Origin: a virus
Taxonomy: Duplodnaviria; Caudoviricetes
Reading direction: 5' to 3' (one strand)
Virus record (IMG/VR): IMGVR_UViG_3300037634_002056
Location: 1 to 61,799 of that record
DNA length: 61,799 nucleotides
The notes beneath the pieces were generated by a model that saw nothing but the letters and a program-made list of their open reading frames with translations, did no database searches and was not told the DNA's origin. This document shows, piece by piece, positions 48,108 to 58,208 of this stretch (positions within the stretch are counted from its first letter, which is position 1; every line of letters starts with the position of its first letter). A program made the position numbers and the translations under genes.

Positions 48108-48364
48108 TTTTGCTTTTTGCTCCATTTATAAAGTCCGTAGATACTAATAGCCGCCCAAAAAATTTCAAGTGTAATATTAGCTAATACAGGTTTAAAGTAT
48201 AAATTCACAAATAGTAAGATTGCGACCATTAAATTATTAAAACTATACCAGAATCCCTTTGCATCGATTTTATCGGCCTGCAATAACAAATAGGTAGAAA
48301 CTAAAAGCAATACTCCAGCATTACCAAAAATGTCACTCCAATGTAATGCGTAATAATTAGTCAA
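48104..48364 (-). CDS. small membrane protein (CBU_0592-like)
   Basis: three TM segments, YLLLQ, LEIFW. Confidence 0.6.
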   Translation of the reverse strand: MTNYYALHWSDIFGNAGVLLLVSTYLLLQADKIDAKGFWYSFNNLMVAILLFVNLYFKPVLANITLEIFWAAISIYGLYKWSKKQK

Positions 48365-48374
48365 CTATATACTC

Positions 48375-49022
48375 CTATAATAAAATTTGATGTACTTGTT
48401 GTTTTAAAAAGTTTAAATCTTTTGTATTTGATATCTTTTGATCAAAATCCCAACCAGCCCAACTCCATTCGCTAGGATGAACATCTGGAAATGCTACCTC
48501 CATATGGTGGCCTTGATCATGAATATGATATTCTAACTCTTTTGGCGTAGTATTTGTGATTACTGCGGTGTCCCACCAACTTGGTTCATTGTCACGCCAA
48601 ACTACTGCGGTGGTTCCGCCCAACCGCCTAATAACATTTAACTCATTAAAAAATCTACAATCTGAGATAACAACATTGTCATCAGTCATTTCTATTTGAC
48701 GTTCTGCGGCGGCTACCCAGATGTCTGGATGAAAATGCTGTCTAAAAACATTAGTGCCAATATATTGCAATGCAAATCTTGGTGTAAAATTTGGAATGTC
48801 TAAGCGTTTCGCCCACCATTCGTCAACGGTCTCCCGCCACACTCTGCTTTCAGATGTATTACCTTCAAGTAGAATTCTATCCCAACTAAAAATATTGGCA
48901 CACGCATCTTTAAGAACTCCAGCAAAACTAATACGACGAAAGCCTTCTTGAATAAGAAAGCCGGCAGCAGTGTCTTTGCCGTGTCCAATAAGTCCACATA
49001 TTCCTACTATTTTTTTACTCAT
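48375..49022 (-). CDS. deoxynucleoside monophosphate kinase (T4 gp1-like)
   Basis: GLIGHGKDT, SFA..LK, TPRFALQYIGT, ISDCRFFNE, HPSE. Confidence 0.88.
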   Translation of the reverse strand: MSKKIVGICGLIGHGKDTAAGFLIQEGFRRISFAGVLKDACANIFSWDRILLEGNTSESRVWRETVDEWWAKRLDIPNFTPRFALQYIGTNVFRQHFHPDIWVAAAERQIEMTDDNVVISDCRFFNELNVIRRLGGTTAVVWRDNEPSWWDTAVITNTTPKELEYHIHDQGHHMEVAFPDVHPSEWSWAGWDFDQKISNTKDLNFLKQQVHQILL

Positions 49023-49134
49023 TTATTACTGTTCCTGTCTACACTTGCCAGTTAACGTGATTCTTACACCTGTCCAAATTTCCCCATCAGCTTGCATGTT
49101 GCCGTTGTGCTTATCAATAATTATTATGTTTTTC

Positions 49135-49479
49135 TTATATGTGAATATCATAATTTTCTTTGACGCATTTTTCTTGGCACACATCGATGTTATGCATATT
49201 ATCTTCTATCCATTTAAATATGGGACCATTAATTATTTCTTCCATAGAATAATATTTGATATTGTGATATTTTTTATCTATGCCCGAATCTCCCCACAAT
49301 TTAGTTATGTGTTTTTGAACTCCATACCAACAACATGGATATACATATCCCTTTGCAGAGATATATATGTTACCCATAGTCTTGTGGAAATTGTCGCCAC
49401 CATTTCCTACCTGTGCTTTACACTTAGGCTCTATTGTGAATGTTTTTTTAATTTCTGTTTTTGGTTGCACTTCGTTCAT
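49135..49479 (-). CDS. SPASM/twitch-like domain (C-terminal half of split radical SAM or stand-alone)
   Basis: PKC...IYISAKGYVYPCCW...VCQEKC. Confidence 0.7.
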   Translation of the reverse strand: MNEVQPKTEIKKTFTIEPKCKAQVGNGGDNFHKTMGNIYISAKGYVYPCCWYGVQKHITKLWGDSGIDKKYHNIKYYSMEEIINGPIFKWIEDNMHNIDVCQEKCVKENYDIHI

Positions 49480-50161
49480 AATCTTCTGGTATTTCTATAT
49501 TTTTTATTTTTTCGTCTTCGCCTCTAACGCTTTGTACAATATGAAATCTGTTGAAGTTTTCACTTTTGGAATAACTTTTAACTTCATTCACCTGATGTTT
49601 ATTCCAATTGAACACTATAAACTGCCATTTCGCTCTGCCACCAGCAGATATATAAGCACGCCAGTTTTCTCGTAGTCTACTCCATTCAACATTCTTTCTA
49701 TATAAATGGTTCGTATCTTCTAATCCATCAATTCCCCACACAACTATCAATCGTTCATTCATACTTGCTGATAACTCTCCGAGTTCTTTCCAAAATTCGA
49801 TTGAGCGAATGCCACCGTTTGTTGCAATATGCATTTTTATATTCGGTGCTAGTGTGTCCATATATTTTATAATTTCTATTATATCTGGATTAATAACAGG
49901 TTCATCAACATTGCCACAATAATGTATATCATCTAAATGTTTCCAACGACCCTTTACAAACGTTTCTTTAATTTGTTTTAAAGATATGTAAGTATCGTTA
50001 AGCGATAAATCAAAACATGCAATCTCATCCCATCTATTTTCGGACTTCATGTCACTTATCTCTTTTATTTTGAATCTTTCACATTGAGGACATGCGGCAT
50101 TACAATAGTTTGTAAGTTCTATTTGTATTCTACCAATGTCTGATTCCTGTGCCCAAGTCAT
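49448..50161 (-). CDS. radical SAM core domain (C-terminally short)
   Basis: ELTNYCNAACPQC, GNVDEP, TNGG, IDGLEDTNHLYR. Confidence 0.85.
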   Translation of the reverse strand: MTWAQESDIGRIQIELTNYCNAACPQCERFKIKEISDMKSENRWDEIACFDLSLNDTYISLKQIKETFVKGRWKHLDDIHYCGNVDEPVINPDIIEIIKYMDTLAPNIKMHIATNGGIRSIEFWKELGELSASMNERLIVVWGIDGLEDTNHLYRKNVEWSRLRENWRAYISAGGRAKWQFIVFNWNKHQVNEVKSYSKSENFNRFHIVQSVRGEDEKIKNIEIPEDYERSATKNRN

Positions 50162-50796
50162 TAGATAATCCTACCAAACCCATACCAACGTTCTAAACAA
50201 AAAAAGCACGTTTCACAATGAATAGGATATCCATCTTCATCTTCTCCACTGGGAGATTCACACGAACAAGTATTAGGATATAGTTCATCTAATACTTTTT
50301 CTTCTTTATAAACCATAGCCACATCTCTCTTAGACAATAGGGCAAATGGAGCACCCTTTCTAGCAGATGATACAGGCAATAAGTCTCGTTCTTTATCTCT
50401 TTTATCTATATGAAACTTGACTTCTTCCAAATTTAAATTATGATTATGTTCAAAATATTCTAACATATCATCTATAGGTGGATTGGATGATATTCCCGAA
50501 TATATATCTTCTACTTTATATTCGTTACGAAGAATGTCAGCCATATCTTCCTGACCAGTGACATAGCCTTCGTCACTATGTTCAATGAAATTAGTTATAT
50601 GTTTGACTGGTCTAACTCCTGTCAATTTGTATACTATTTCTACAACACGTTTTGCTAACATTGGATAATATGGTTTTTCATCAGTTCCCAATGTAAGAAT
50701 GTATATCTCTGCATCGGGAAATTCCTTACACAATTTATAATAGACAATTGCCGAATCTGCGCCACCTGATAACTTCATTCCTATTTTCTTTTTCAT
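50161..50796 (-). CDS. QueC-like PP-loop ATP-pyrophosphatase
   Basis: LSGGADS; TCSCE ... HCETCFFCLER. Confidence 0.75.
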   Translation of the reverse strand: MKKKIGMKLSGGADSAIVYYKLCKEFPDAEIYILTLGTDEKPYYPMLAKRVVEIVYKLTGVRPVKHITNFIEHSDEGYVTGQEDMADILRNEYKVEDIYSGISSNPPIDDMLEYFEHNHNLNLEEVKFHIDKRDKERDLLPVSSARKGAPFALLSKRDVAMVYKEEKVLDELYPNTCSCESPSGEDEDGYPIHCETCFFCLERWYGFGRII

Positions 50797-50825
50797 ATGT
50801 TCTCATTTATGATTTGTAGTGCTTC

Positions 50826-51233
50826 TTAGATGACATCGTCTTCAACCCGTGTAACTAAACCAATCTCGCCTGATATCTTCATCATCATTCGATCACCAGT
50901 ACTAGGTTGTTCTTTGGTTGTATATAAACGTCTGCGGCTTTTGAAATACCATTTTTCAATAACAGGACCATTCTCATCTTCGTCCACTACAACATAAGCT
51001 ACAGTTTTACGCACCAATGCTTTGCGATAACCGCAATCTATTCCATTAGATGAGTCGCGAACCCAAACTAAATGTGGGTATTCTATAGCTCGGCCAGTCG
51101 TTGGATCATTGAACATGTCAAAGTCTGGGTTCATGCTGTATTCAAAAATGTTGCCTAGATCTTTTTCAATGAAGTAACCCTGGATCGATCCGTCACCTGT
51201 ATTAAAATATGTAGAACCTGGTGCAAAGGCCAT
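50826..51233 (-). CDS. hypothetical protein
   Basis: start MAFAPG after GGAGGA; KTVAYVVVDEDE. Confidence 0.7.
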   Translation of the reverse strand: MAFAPGSTYFNTGDGSIQGYFIEKDLGNIFEYSMNPDFDMFNDPTTGRAIEYPHLVWVRDSSNGIDCGYRKALVRKTVAYVVVDEDENGPVIEKWYFKSRRRLYTTKEQPSTGDRMMMKISGEIGLVTRVEDDVI

Positions 51234-51234
51234 C

Positions 51235-51600
51235 CTATTCCTCCAACATGCCTTGTTCTTTAGCGGCAGCAATTATAATCGGTGTAAACTTTGCTTCAAC
51301 CAACTCGTTCACCTGATCCCAGCTACCTCCAAGATAACCATACTCTTTGGTGTGTACTGGAAGGTACAATTCGCTTTTACGAAGACCGTCAAGAGCAAAA
51401 CGACAATCATAAGCACGGTTAATAAGTAAATTATTAAAAATATCATATACAACATTATGTGCTTTACGATACTTTTCCAACGCAGGATTTTTCTTTGGAT
51501 TCTCTACTGATCCTGTCGGTGGGATTAATGCGTCTAGGTCACGGCTTAACTTATAGGTCTTGTCTGTTACGCCCCAGTTAGCTTTTTTTGGATTAAACAT
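51235..51600 (-). CDS. hypothetical protein
   Basis: 121 aa after promoter copy 7, GGAG RBS. Confidence 0.75.
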   Translation of the reverse strand: MFNPKKANWGVTDKTYKLSRDLDALIPPTGSVENPKKNPALEKYRKAHNVVYDIFNNLLINRAYDCRFALDGLRKSELYLPVHTKEYGYLGGSWDQVNELVEAKFTPIIIAAAKEQGMLEE

Positions 51601-51636
51601 CTGATATCTCCGGTAATTAATTTAACTTATAATAAT

Positions 51637-51665
51637 ATTATAGCACCAAGACGTATTGGTGTCAA
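51637..51665 (-). promoter_or_regulatory. early promoter copy 7
   Basis: TTGACA-ccAATACGTCTTggtgc-TATAAT. Confidence 0.85.
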
Positions 51666-52189
51666 GTATTATTTTTATAATAATCGTTACTAATTTCTTT
51701 GGCTTTATTCCAAATTGGCGTATTATGAACTTTAGTCATAGAATCAAGAAGCAGTGCTTTTTCTTCCATATACACTACTGCGAATTTTTTATCGTTTTTA
51801 ATAATACATTCAGTATTATGTATTAGGTCTGCACATTTTATAAATTGCGCTTCTTGTGAAGCTTTCTGTATGTGCTTTCGGTCAATAGCTTTGCGTGTTG
51901 CTCTGTTACCATCTTCTGGTTTGCTCGTATCCGTGAGCCAGTCAACAAGATCAGCAATGGTATCACCAAAATGCTCCCTAATAATATCAATTGTAACATT
52001 TGTATCCTCCACAACATCGTGTAACAATGCTGCTTGTATTTGTTCGGCATTGCCGCCGTATTCTTCTACAATACTAGCTACTGCCACTGGATGTGTATAA
52101 TATGGCTGCCCAGAATATTTTCTTTTCTGGCCGACAGCTTCGTGGGCGGCGATTGCAAATAGTTTTGCATTAGTATTGTTATTATCCAT
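51662..52189 (-). CDS. HD-domain small alarmone hydrolase-like (RelA/SpoT HD, Mesh1-like)
   Basis: AH..QKRKYSGQPYYTHP, ALLHDVVEDT, IKCADLIHN. Confidence 0.85.
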   Translation of the reverse strand: MDNNNTNAKLFAIAAHEAVGQKRKYSGQPYYTHPVAVASIVEEYGGNAEQIQAALLHDVVEDTNVTIDIIREHFGDTIADLVDWLTDTSKPEDGNRATRKAIDRKHIQKASQEAQFIKCADLIHNTECIIKNDKKFAVVYMEEKALLLDSMTKVHNTPIWNKAKEISNDYYKNNT

Positions 52190-52206
52190 AATTATAGTCC
52201 GTATAA

Positions 52207-52410
52207 TTAAAAGTTGGCGGTTTGTCCAGTAGTTGGATTGCGTAATTCAAGAATTACATAATTTACATTTGGATTATATGTAACATCCAGTGCCCAATTA
52301 TATGCGCTATCCCAATCAACAAAACGCATAGTTTCAGTTAATGTCAGTCCTTCAGCAATGCCAGATAACATATATTTGTCAAATTCTACTTTGAGTATTG
52401 TGGTTGTCAT
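52207..52410 (-). CDS. hypothetical protein
   Basis: 67 aa after promoter copy 8. Confidence 0.65.
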   Translation of the reverse strand: MTTTILKVEFDKYMLSGIAEGLTLTETMRFVDWDSAYNWALDVTYNPNVNYVILELRNPTTGQTANF

Positions 52411-52443
52411 GTTTATATTCTCTTTAATTAACTTTATACTTAT

Positions 52444-52472
52444 ATGATACAGTAAGACGTATTGGTTGTCAA
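52444..52472 (-). promoter_or_regulatory. early promoter copy 8
   Basis: TTGACA-accAATACGTCTTactg-TATCAT. Confidence 0.85.
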
Positions 52473-52493
52473 CCTTTTTTGGCTTGTTGCAAA

Positions 52494-55172
52494 TTAAAAG
52501 TCAAATAAATCTGAAAATGTATTTTTATCTTCTGCCATAGTTAAATCCCAATTCAACACACCCAGCAAATTGTCCAGCTTTTTAGTAATAATAGTTTCTT
52601 CCATAAGATCATCATCAAACGGTAGTTCTTTAAACCAGTCTGGAATACGCTTTACATCAGTTGGATACCCGATGCTTTTTATTCCTAATGCATTAGGTTT
52701 TAGCTTGCATACGATAGTTTTCATACCATCAGTAATATCACCACTATATGCATCGCTATTCATTTCTTTAAGTCTATTCCAGTTAATAGCTGCCAATACA
52801 TGACCAATCCCACACTTGCCAGTCTTTTTCCATACATTAGTATGATGTGTTAATTTATTAACTCGTTTAGGCGTACCTTTTTCCCACGACTGCATCTCAC
52901 GAAACTTCTTACGGAATTTTTTAATATCCTCAATGATAGAATCTTCACTAGCACCAGTGAGCACTTTCATAAGAACTTCGCCCAAATAATCTTGCATAAA
53001 TGGCGGGGTATCACTACGCTTCAAGTCTAAGCCCATTGCTTTAACTTTACCCACTTTACCATCAGTATCTTCACGCTTGCCTTCGTTATCATACACTAAT
53101 GCTGCATAACGTTTCTTAGTAATAAAGATTCCAGCTTGCGCTGAAATCTCTCTACCTGCTGCAATAATTGTACCTAAGTCTAACGTTGTGTGGAATGAAT
53201 TATTCATAAAGCTAGGAAACGTATTGTTTACTTCATCACAAACTGCTTCATAGTATGCAGTAATAGTATCCTTATCCCATTGAATCTCGTTTTTGTCAAT
53301 TTGTTCTTTAAGCATTGGATATGCACTAAAATATACTGAGTCAGTATCACCATATACAATGCCATCACCTACGTGATTATACTCGCCTGCGATAACTTCA
53401 TTTGCTTTGGCTGCCATATGACGCGCAATACAGCGACCAGTTAGTGTAGTACTTTGTCCTAGACGCGGATCATTAAATCTACTTCCTGGATTAAGTAACG
53501 CACCATACAAACTGTTCAAGTTAATCTTCTTAACCAACTGTCGCTTATCCCAAAATGCAAACTTATCACCACCCTCATCACGTGCTGCACGTGCTTTAGC
53601 TTGTAATTCTTTACGTTCAGCATACCAGCGTTCTAGCAATCCTGGAATAATACCAGTTCGCTCATATGTAAAGATTGTACCGTTAGCACTAATAAGCCAA
53701 GGTTGTCCGCTATTGAATACAATTTCATAAATCTCTGCGCCTGTAGCTTCAATGCTTTCGCCATCTTCAAAATCCAGCATCAAGCGTACATCAGTATCTT
53801 TAGCCATTACTAGCTCATATTCAGCAGCAGCAAATTTGCCCTCCCAATAACGTGCTACTGGACTTTCTTTGTACTTTGCAAAGCATTCTTCAATACCAAG
53901 CGATGTAATAGTATGCCGCACTTGGCCTACAATAGTTTCAGTGCTCATATTGCAACTACGCAAGATACTAGGATATAGACTGTTTAAATCCATGCTGCCA
54001 ATCCATTCATGCATACCTTTTTTAGGTGTTGCAACATAGGCGCCAGCAGCCTGTACTTTGCGCTGATATGATGGTTGAAAAAAATCGCCACGTTTTTTAT
54101 CTGGAACAATTAATCCAAGACTATGCGCATGGTTAACAATAGCTTGGTCTGTTTGCGCGACCGCACCCATTGTTGTTTGTAGCAATACAGTGTTAGAGTG
54201 TGCCAACACGTTTGCCAAGTCAATAAACTGTAGTTTAGCGTCTAGTCTTACTAGCAAGTCAACGTCTTGCCTGTTATACGCAATGAATTTTTCATAGTCA
54301 TTGTTGTATAGTTGATCCAATGTACCTTCATAATCTACTTTGCGTTCATTAAGTTCATATTCGCCAATGGCGTCTAGGCTATAACTATGCATTTCATGAT
54401 ATGTATACTTGCGATACAATTCAAGCATATCCAAATGTACACGGCCAGCTAGATCATATGTTTCACTTTCTTTGCCAAACTTAACAATAGTTTTAGCTTT
54501 TGGGAATTTATCCCATAAACAAAATTTACGTGTGTGACTTTTGCTTAGTATCCGTGAAATACGATTAACAATATATGGGATATCGAAGCCTTCACTATTC
54601 CAACCGGTGAATACATCAACATCATCAGATAACTCAAGGAAGGCGCCTAGCAGTTCTTCTTCAGTATCAAATAATATTGTATCATCAAATTTTTCACATA
54701 TAGCTTGTGCTTCTTCTTTAGATAATGTGTCAGGTTTAATAGTTAAACATATAGTACGGTTTAACCAACTTAAATGTAACGCAATGGCAGTGATTGCATT
54801 GAATGGATCTTCAGGTGGAGCAAACCCTTTGTTTTTATTAAAATCAACCTCGATATCGAAAAAGCCAATATGTAATTCAGGTGCTTCAGCATCCATATAA
54901 TTGTCAGCCAAGCACCTGAATACTGGATTGATGTCACTCTCAAACAATCCTTTATGGCCATGCATTTTCTTTTCAGTATTGAATCTTCTACCGCTGTTAC
55001 ATACAACCCGATCCAACTTGTCGCCGAAGATGCTAGTAAATGCACCGCGGTCATCAGGATAATACATTGTATATTTTGCAGGGTATTCTCGATATTGGCG
55101 TTCGCCGTTCACACGTTCAACTACGTGTATAATATCTCGATCTCGATCTAAAAAGCTGTCTACATAACTCAA
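52494..55172 (-). CDS. family B DNA polymerase
   Basis: ExoI FDIEV, ExoII WNSEGFDIPY, ExoIII YNRQDV, DLNSLYPS, KKINLNSLYG, YGDTDS, KKRY. Confidence 0.97.
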   Translation of the reverse strand: MSYVDSFLDRDRDIIHVVERVNGERQYREYPAKYTMYYPDDRGAFTSIFGDKLDRVVCNSGRRFNTEKKMHGHKGLFESDINPVFRCLADNYMDAEAPELHIGFFDIEVDFNKNKGFAPPEDPFNAITAIALHLSWLNRTICLTIKPDTLSKEEAQAICEKFDDTILFDTEEELLGAFLELSDDVDVFTGWNSEGFDIPYIVNRISRILSKSHTRKFCLWDKFPKAKTIVKFGKESETYDLAGRVHLDMLELYRKYTYHEMHSYSLDAIGEYELNERKVDYEGTLDQLYNNDYEKFIAYNRQDVDLLVRLDAKLQFIDLANVLAHSNTVLLQTTMGAVAQTDQAIVNHAHSLGLIVPDKKRGDFFQPSYQRKVQAAGAYVATPKKGMHEWIGSMDLNSLYPSILRSCNMSTETIVGQVRHTITSLGIEECFAKYKESPVARYWEGKFAAAEYELVMAKDTDVRLMLDFEDGESIEATGAEIYEIVFNSGQPWLISANGTIFTYERTGIIPGLLERWYAERKELQAKARAARDEGGDKFAFWDKRQLVKKINLNSLYGALLNPGSRFNDPRLGQSTTLTGRCIARHMAAKANEVIAGEYNHVGDGIVYGDTDSVYFSAYPMLKEQIDKNEIQWDKDTITAYYEAVCDEVNNTFPSFMNNSFHTTLDLGTIIAAGREISAQAGIFITKKRYAALVYDNEGKREDTDGKVGKVKAMGLDLKRSDTPPFMQDYLGEVLMKVLTGASEDSIIEDIKKFRKKFREMQSWEKGTPKRVNKLTHHTNVWKKTGKCGIGHVLAAINWNRLKEMNSDAYSGDITDGMKTIVCKLKPNALGIKSIGYPTDVKRIPDWFKELPFDDDLMEETIITKKLDNLLGVLNWDLTMAEDKNTFSDLFDF

Positions 55173-55187
55173 TTTTAAATTCCTTAT

Positions 55188-55442
55188 TTAAATATCGCGG
55201 CCAGTAACTTCTAGGATTGTTTCAAGTTCTTCAAATTCTTCTCGATTTTTACCAGCTTCTGCCTTATGGGCAATGCGGATAGCTTTATTAAGAATTGACG
55301 GTTTAACATCTAATTCTTCAGCAATTGCTTTTACAGTGTCACGAAGACCTTCTTTGAGTACTGTAATTTCTTCGGTTGTATGAATGCCTTCTTTAATAAG
55401 GCTTTTTAGTTTTGTGATATCGTTTGGTGAAAAATGGGCCAT
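55188..55442 (-). CDS. small dsDNA-binding protein (T4 DsbA/DUF2312-like)
   Basis: helical; LRDTVKAIAEELDVKPSILNKAIRIAHK. Confidence 0.55.
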   Translation of the reverse strand: MAHFSPNDITKLKSLIKEGIHTTEEITVLKEGLRDTVKAIAEELDVKPSILNKAIRIAHKAEAGKNREEFEELETILEVTGRDI

Positions 55443-55487
55443 AAATTATCTCCTGTTTATGTAATAAAAATTTATTATAGCTTGTTA

Positions 55488-55516
55488 ATGATACACAGAA
55501 ATGATAGGAAAGTCAA
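55488..55516 (-). promoter_or_regulatory. sigma70 promoter upstream of DNA-binding protein/polymerase
   Basis: TTGACT-17 nt-TATCAT. Confidence 0.6.
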
Positions 55517-55519
55517 TGA

Positions 55520-55810
55520 TTATTTGTGCTTTTTATCTTCTAATTTTTTAATACGTACTTCTAATTCTTCTATTTTCTTTGTAAGTTTTGGATTGGCGGC
55601 TTTCCATGCGTCTGGGTTATGTTTAAACCAAGTCCAACCCCAACGATTGACTAGGAAGTCTAGTATAGCTTCCCATTTGGTTAATGCCCAAAAGGCAATA
55701 TATGTATCTTTGATCCAGTAAACAAATAATGCACCAAATATACTACCTACTAGTGCGGTGTAAATCCACAATCTGTCACTAGCCATTTGTTCGATCATTT
55801 CCCAAATCAT
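55520..55810 (-). CDS. hypothetical membrane protein
   Basis: N-terminal TM, C-terminal coiled coil. Confidence 0.7.
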   Translation of the reverse strand: MIWEMIEQMASDRLWIYTALVGSIFGALFVYWIKDTYIAFWALTKWEAILDFLVNRWGWTWFKHNPDAWKAANPKLTKKIEELEVRIKKLEDKKHK

Positions 55811-57168
55811 TTTAGTTTAAATCCTATACGACCTTTTTGTCCAGTTGCAAAATATGATTTGTTTACAAGCTGTGGTGACCCAGCAAACACAGCTGGAAAC
55901 TTAGTATAATAACTTAGTGCAAGGTCTTGTCCTTGTTTACTTCCTTTAGTTATCAATTGTATATACTGATTATTATTCAAAGCTGCTAACATTGCTGCCT
56001 TGAAATCAGCATTTTGATTAACTACTGGCATCATTGCATTAACTATTGCAGTTAGTGCATGATAAAATACACGATAGTCATTTCGTTCAAGTGTTCCTGG
56101 TTGTACAGGTTGCGCTTGGACCATTGCTCGTAACTTGTCATCTGTAATATCACCGATATTGCGTGACGCTCTGTCTAATGATTCTAATGCTGCTACTGCG
56201 TTTTTGTCAATAATTCCCAAGTCAAATGCTACTTGCACTGGGCCACTTACTGCTGATTTAGTTGCTAGTATTTCTATAATCTTGACACCAGTTTGAAATT
56301 CATTACGTTGTTCGTCAGTTATTTGTTTATATACGCCACTTAAACTACTGGCAGCACCACCAGCTTTACTTATTTTACTGCTTATTTGTAAGTCTATGCC
56401 ATCTGAAGTGCGTACAACACTGTCTATAAGTTCCATGCCAGTATCTTGTGGGAACATAACGGTACTGCCAGCTAAATTAGTTAACCCAAAATGCTTCAAT
56501 ACTTCTGATGTGTTGCCGCCTACACTGCTAGTTGCGTCAATCAGTGCCAGTGGTCCTAAATATTCACCACCGTATTTCTGTAATACACCGCTATATTCAT
56601 GTGCATTAGAAATATATGTTGACTTACCAGTTCTAGCTTGTTCAACAGCCTGTTCCATTATTGGGGCAAAATCTTCGTGTCCTGTGCCTGCCATCTGCGA
56701 ATGGATATTATCTAAGATTGCATTAGCTAGTTGATCTGTAGATCTATAATTTTCATCACTAACTAAGTCACTTGGCTTAATTGGTAAACTTTCTTGTTTA
56801 TGGCCCTTACCATATTTGTATCCGCGTAATGTTTTCCATAACCCGTGAATGCCGCCTGGCGGTATTTGTTTTAAATATCGTATCCAATATTGTGATTGAT
56901 TATTAGCATCAGTTACATGTGCAATTACTGCTGCTAGTGTACCGTTGTTTTTAGCATTGTCATCAATACGCCTTGCATCTAGTGGAATAAGTGCATCTAG
57001 TGCTGATTCAAGATTTTCAAGATTTTCAAAACTAGCAACATCTTGTGGTATTGGTATAATTTCTTGTATAGTTAATATATCTGCAGGATCTGAAACACTG
57101 ACATATGTTTCTCCTTGGTCTCGTGCTGTTACACCGCGAGATTCAAATATTATTTGTTCTGCTCTCAT
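55807..57168 (-). CDS. hypothetical (putative virion/internal head) protein
   Basis: 453 aa; N-terminus MRAEQIIFE; LID...ISSK may be a PD-(D/E)xK-like core (weak). Confidence 0.7.
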   Translation of the reverse strand: MRAEQIIFESRGVTARDQGETYVSVSDPADILTIQEIIPIPQDVASFENLENLESALDALIPLDARRIDDNAKNNGTLAAVIAHVTDANNQSQYWIRYLKQIPPGGIHGLWKTLRGYKYGKGHKQESLPIKPSDLVSDENYRSTDQLANAILDNIHSQMAGTGHEDFAPIMEQAVEQARTGKSTYISNAHEYSGVLQKYGGEYLGPLALIDATSSVGGNTSEVLKHFGLTNLAGSTVMFPQDTGMELIDSVVRTSDGIDLQISSKISKAGGAASSLSGVYKQITDEQRNEFQTGVKIIEILATKSAVSGPVQVAFDLGIIDKNAVAALESLDRASRNIGDITDDKLRAMVQAQPVQPGTLERNDYRVFYHALTAIVNAMMPVVNQNADFKAAMLAALNNNQYIQLITKGSKQGQDLALSYYTKFPAVFAGSPQLVNKSYFATGQKGRIGFKLK

Positions 57169-57429
57169 TTAATGATCCTCATTGCACTTGGTGCATTCGT
57201 ATATATTGTTATCAGAATCATCGGCATTAATTTTAACATAATCCAAAGTAATAGTTCCACATGACACACATTCTACACCGTGGCAGTGTATGCATCTACA
57301 ACTATCACAAATGACAAGAAATTTGTCTGTGGGTATTTTATTTAATCCAAATGATTGAGTATTTTGTAACTTAGTACCGCAATGACTTGGGCGGCCACAA
57401 TTACTACAAGTTTGGCCACCGATAATCAT
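57169..57429 (-). CDS. Cys-rich zinc-finger protein
   Basis: CSNC..HC, CDSCRCIHC, CVSC, CTKC. Confidence 0.65.
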   Translation of the reverse strand: MIIGGQTCSNCGRPSHCGTKLQNTQSFGLNKIPTDKFLVICDSCRCIHCHGVECVSCGTITLDYVKINADDSDNNIYECTKCNEDH

Positions 57430-58208
57430 TACTTAAATCCTTTTTTAATAAGTGCTATGTCGTTGGCACTCAATCCTGCACTAGCTGCTTTTGCTACCAT
57501 GTCATCACTATCAGTACCAGAACCAGCAATGCCCAAATCCTTAGCAAATTGTGTTGGAGCATCATCACCACCAAAGTCGCCTACATCTTTGCCACGCTTG
57601 CCTTTGCCTCTAACCATTCGTTTAAGGCCACCTGTTGCTTTGCGCATTCCGGCGATAGCTCCGCGTTTTAATGCTTGGCCTGCTGCTGATCTTGCTGCAT
57701 AGCCTAAGGCTGCTCGAGCTGCCATACCACCTAATGCTGCTAATGGTACTACTTCATCGAGGCGGTCTTCAGTAAGCTCGCCACTCTCCAGTTGTTCGTA
57801 CACTTCCATCAATTGATTATGCTGATCGATAAGATGCGTTCGGTGTTCAGGTATTAAATCTTTAGTGAATATATCAGACTGATAACTAATTAATACACAC
57901 TCAAGAACATCTTTACTAACGCCAGCTTCTTGTTCAGCTAGGTTAGGTTGAGAAATAGTTTCGTCAATTTTATGAATAATGTTATATCCATCATTTTGTG
58001 TAATAGTATATGTATCGCTATGTACTGATATACGACGATTTTTCTTACCAACAACAATACTACGGTCATCTTTATCTAAGTTGACTGCTTTAACTTCATC
58101 TGCTTGGCCATTGTTTGAAAAATATACAGGCTCACCACGATTTAGCAAATCATCTATTTGCTGTGTTAACGGCATACTTTCAAATTCTGCTAATTGTGAT
58201 AATCTCAT
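57429..58208 (-). CDS. hypothetical (putative internal head) protein
   Basis: MRLSQLAE N-terminus; repeated L/I-x-E sites. Confidence 0.7.
   Translation of the reverse strand: MRLSQLAEFESMPLTQQIDDLLNRGEPVYFSNNGQADEVKAVNLDKDDRSIVVGKKNRRISVHSDTYTITQNDGYNIIHKIDETISQPNLAEQEAGVSKDVLECVLISYQSDIFTKDLIPEHRTHLIDQHNQLMEVYEQLESGELTEDRLDEVVPLAALGGMAARAALGYAARSAAGQALKRGAIAGMRKATGGLKRMVRGKGKRGKDVGDFGGDDAPTQFAKDLGIAGSGTDSDDMVAKAASAGLSANDIALIKKGFK

Noticed and set aside
48970-49675. Plus-strand ORFs of 185 and 102 aa
   Set aside because: Antisense shadows of the rSAM/twitch and kinase genes with low-complexity F/I/L composition
52494-55172. Intein or intron in the DNA polymerase
   Set aside because: 892 aa with normally spaced motifs; no insertion or splice-junction residues apparent
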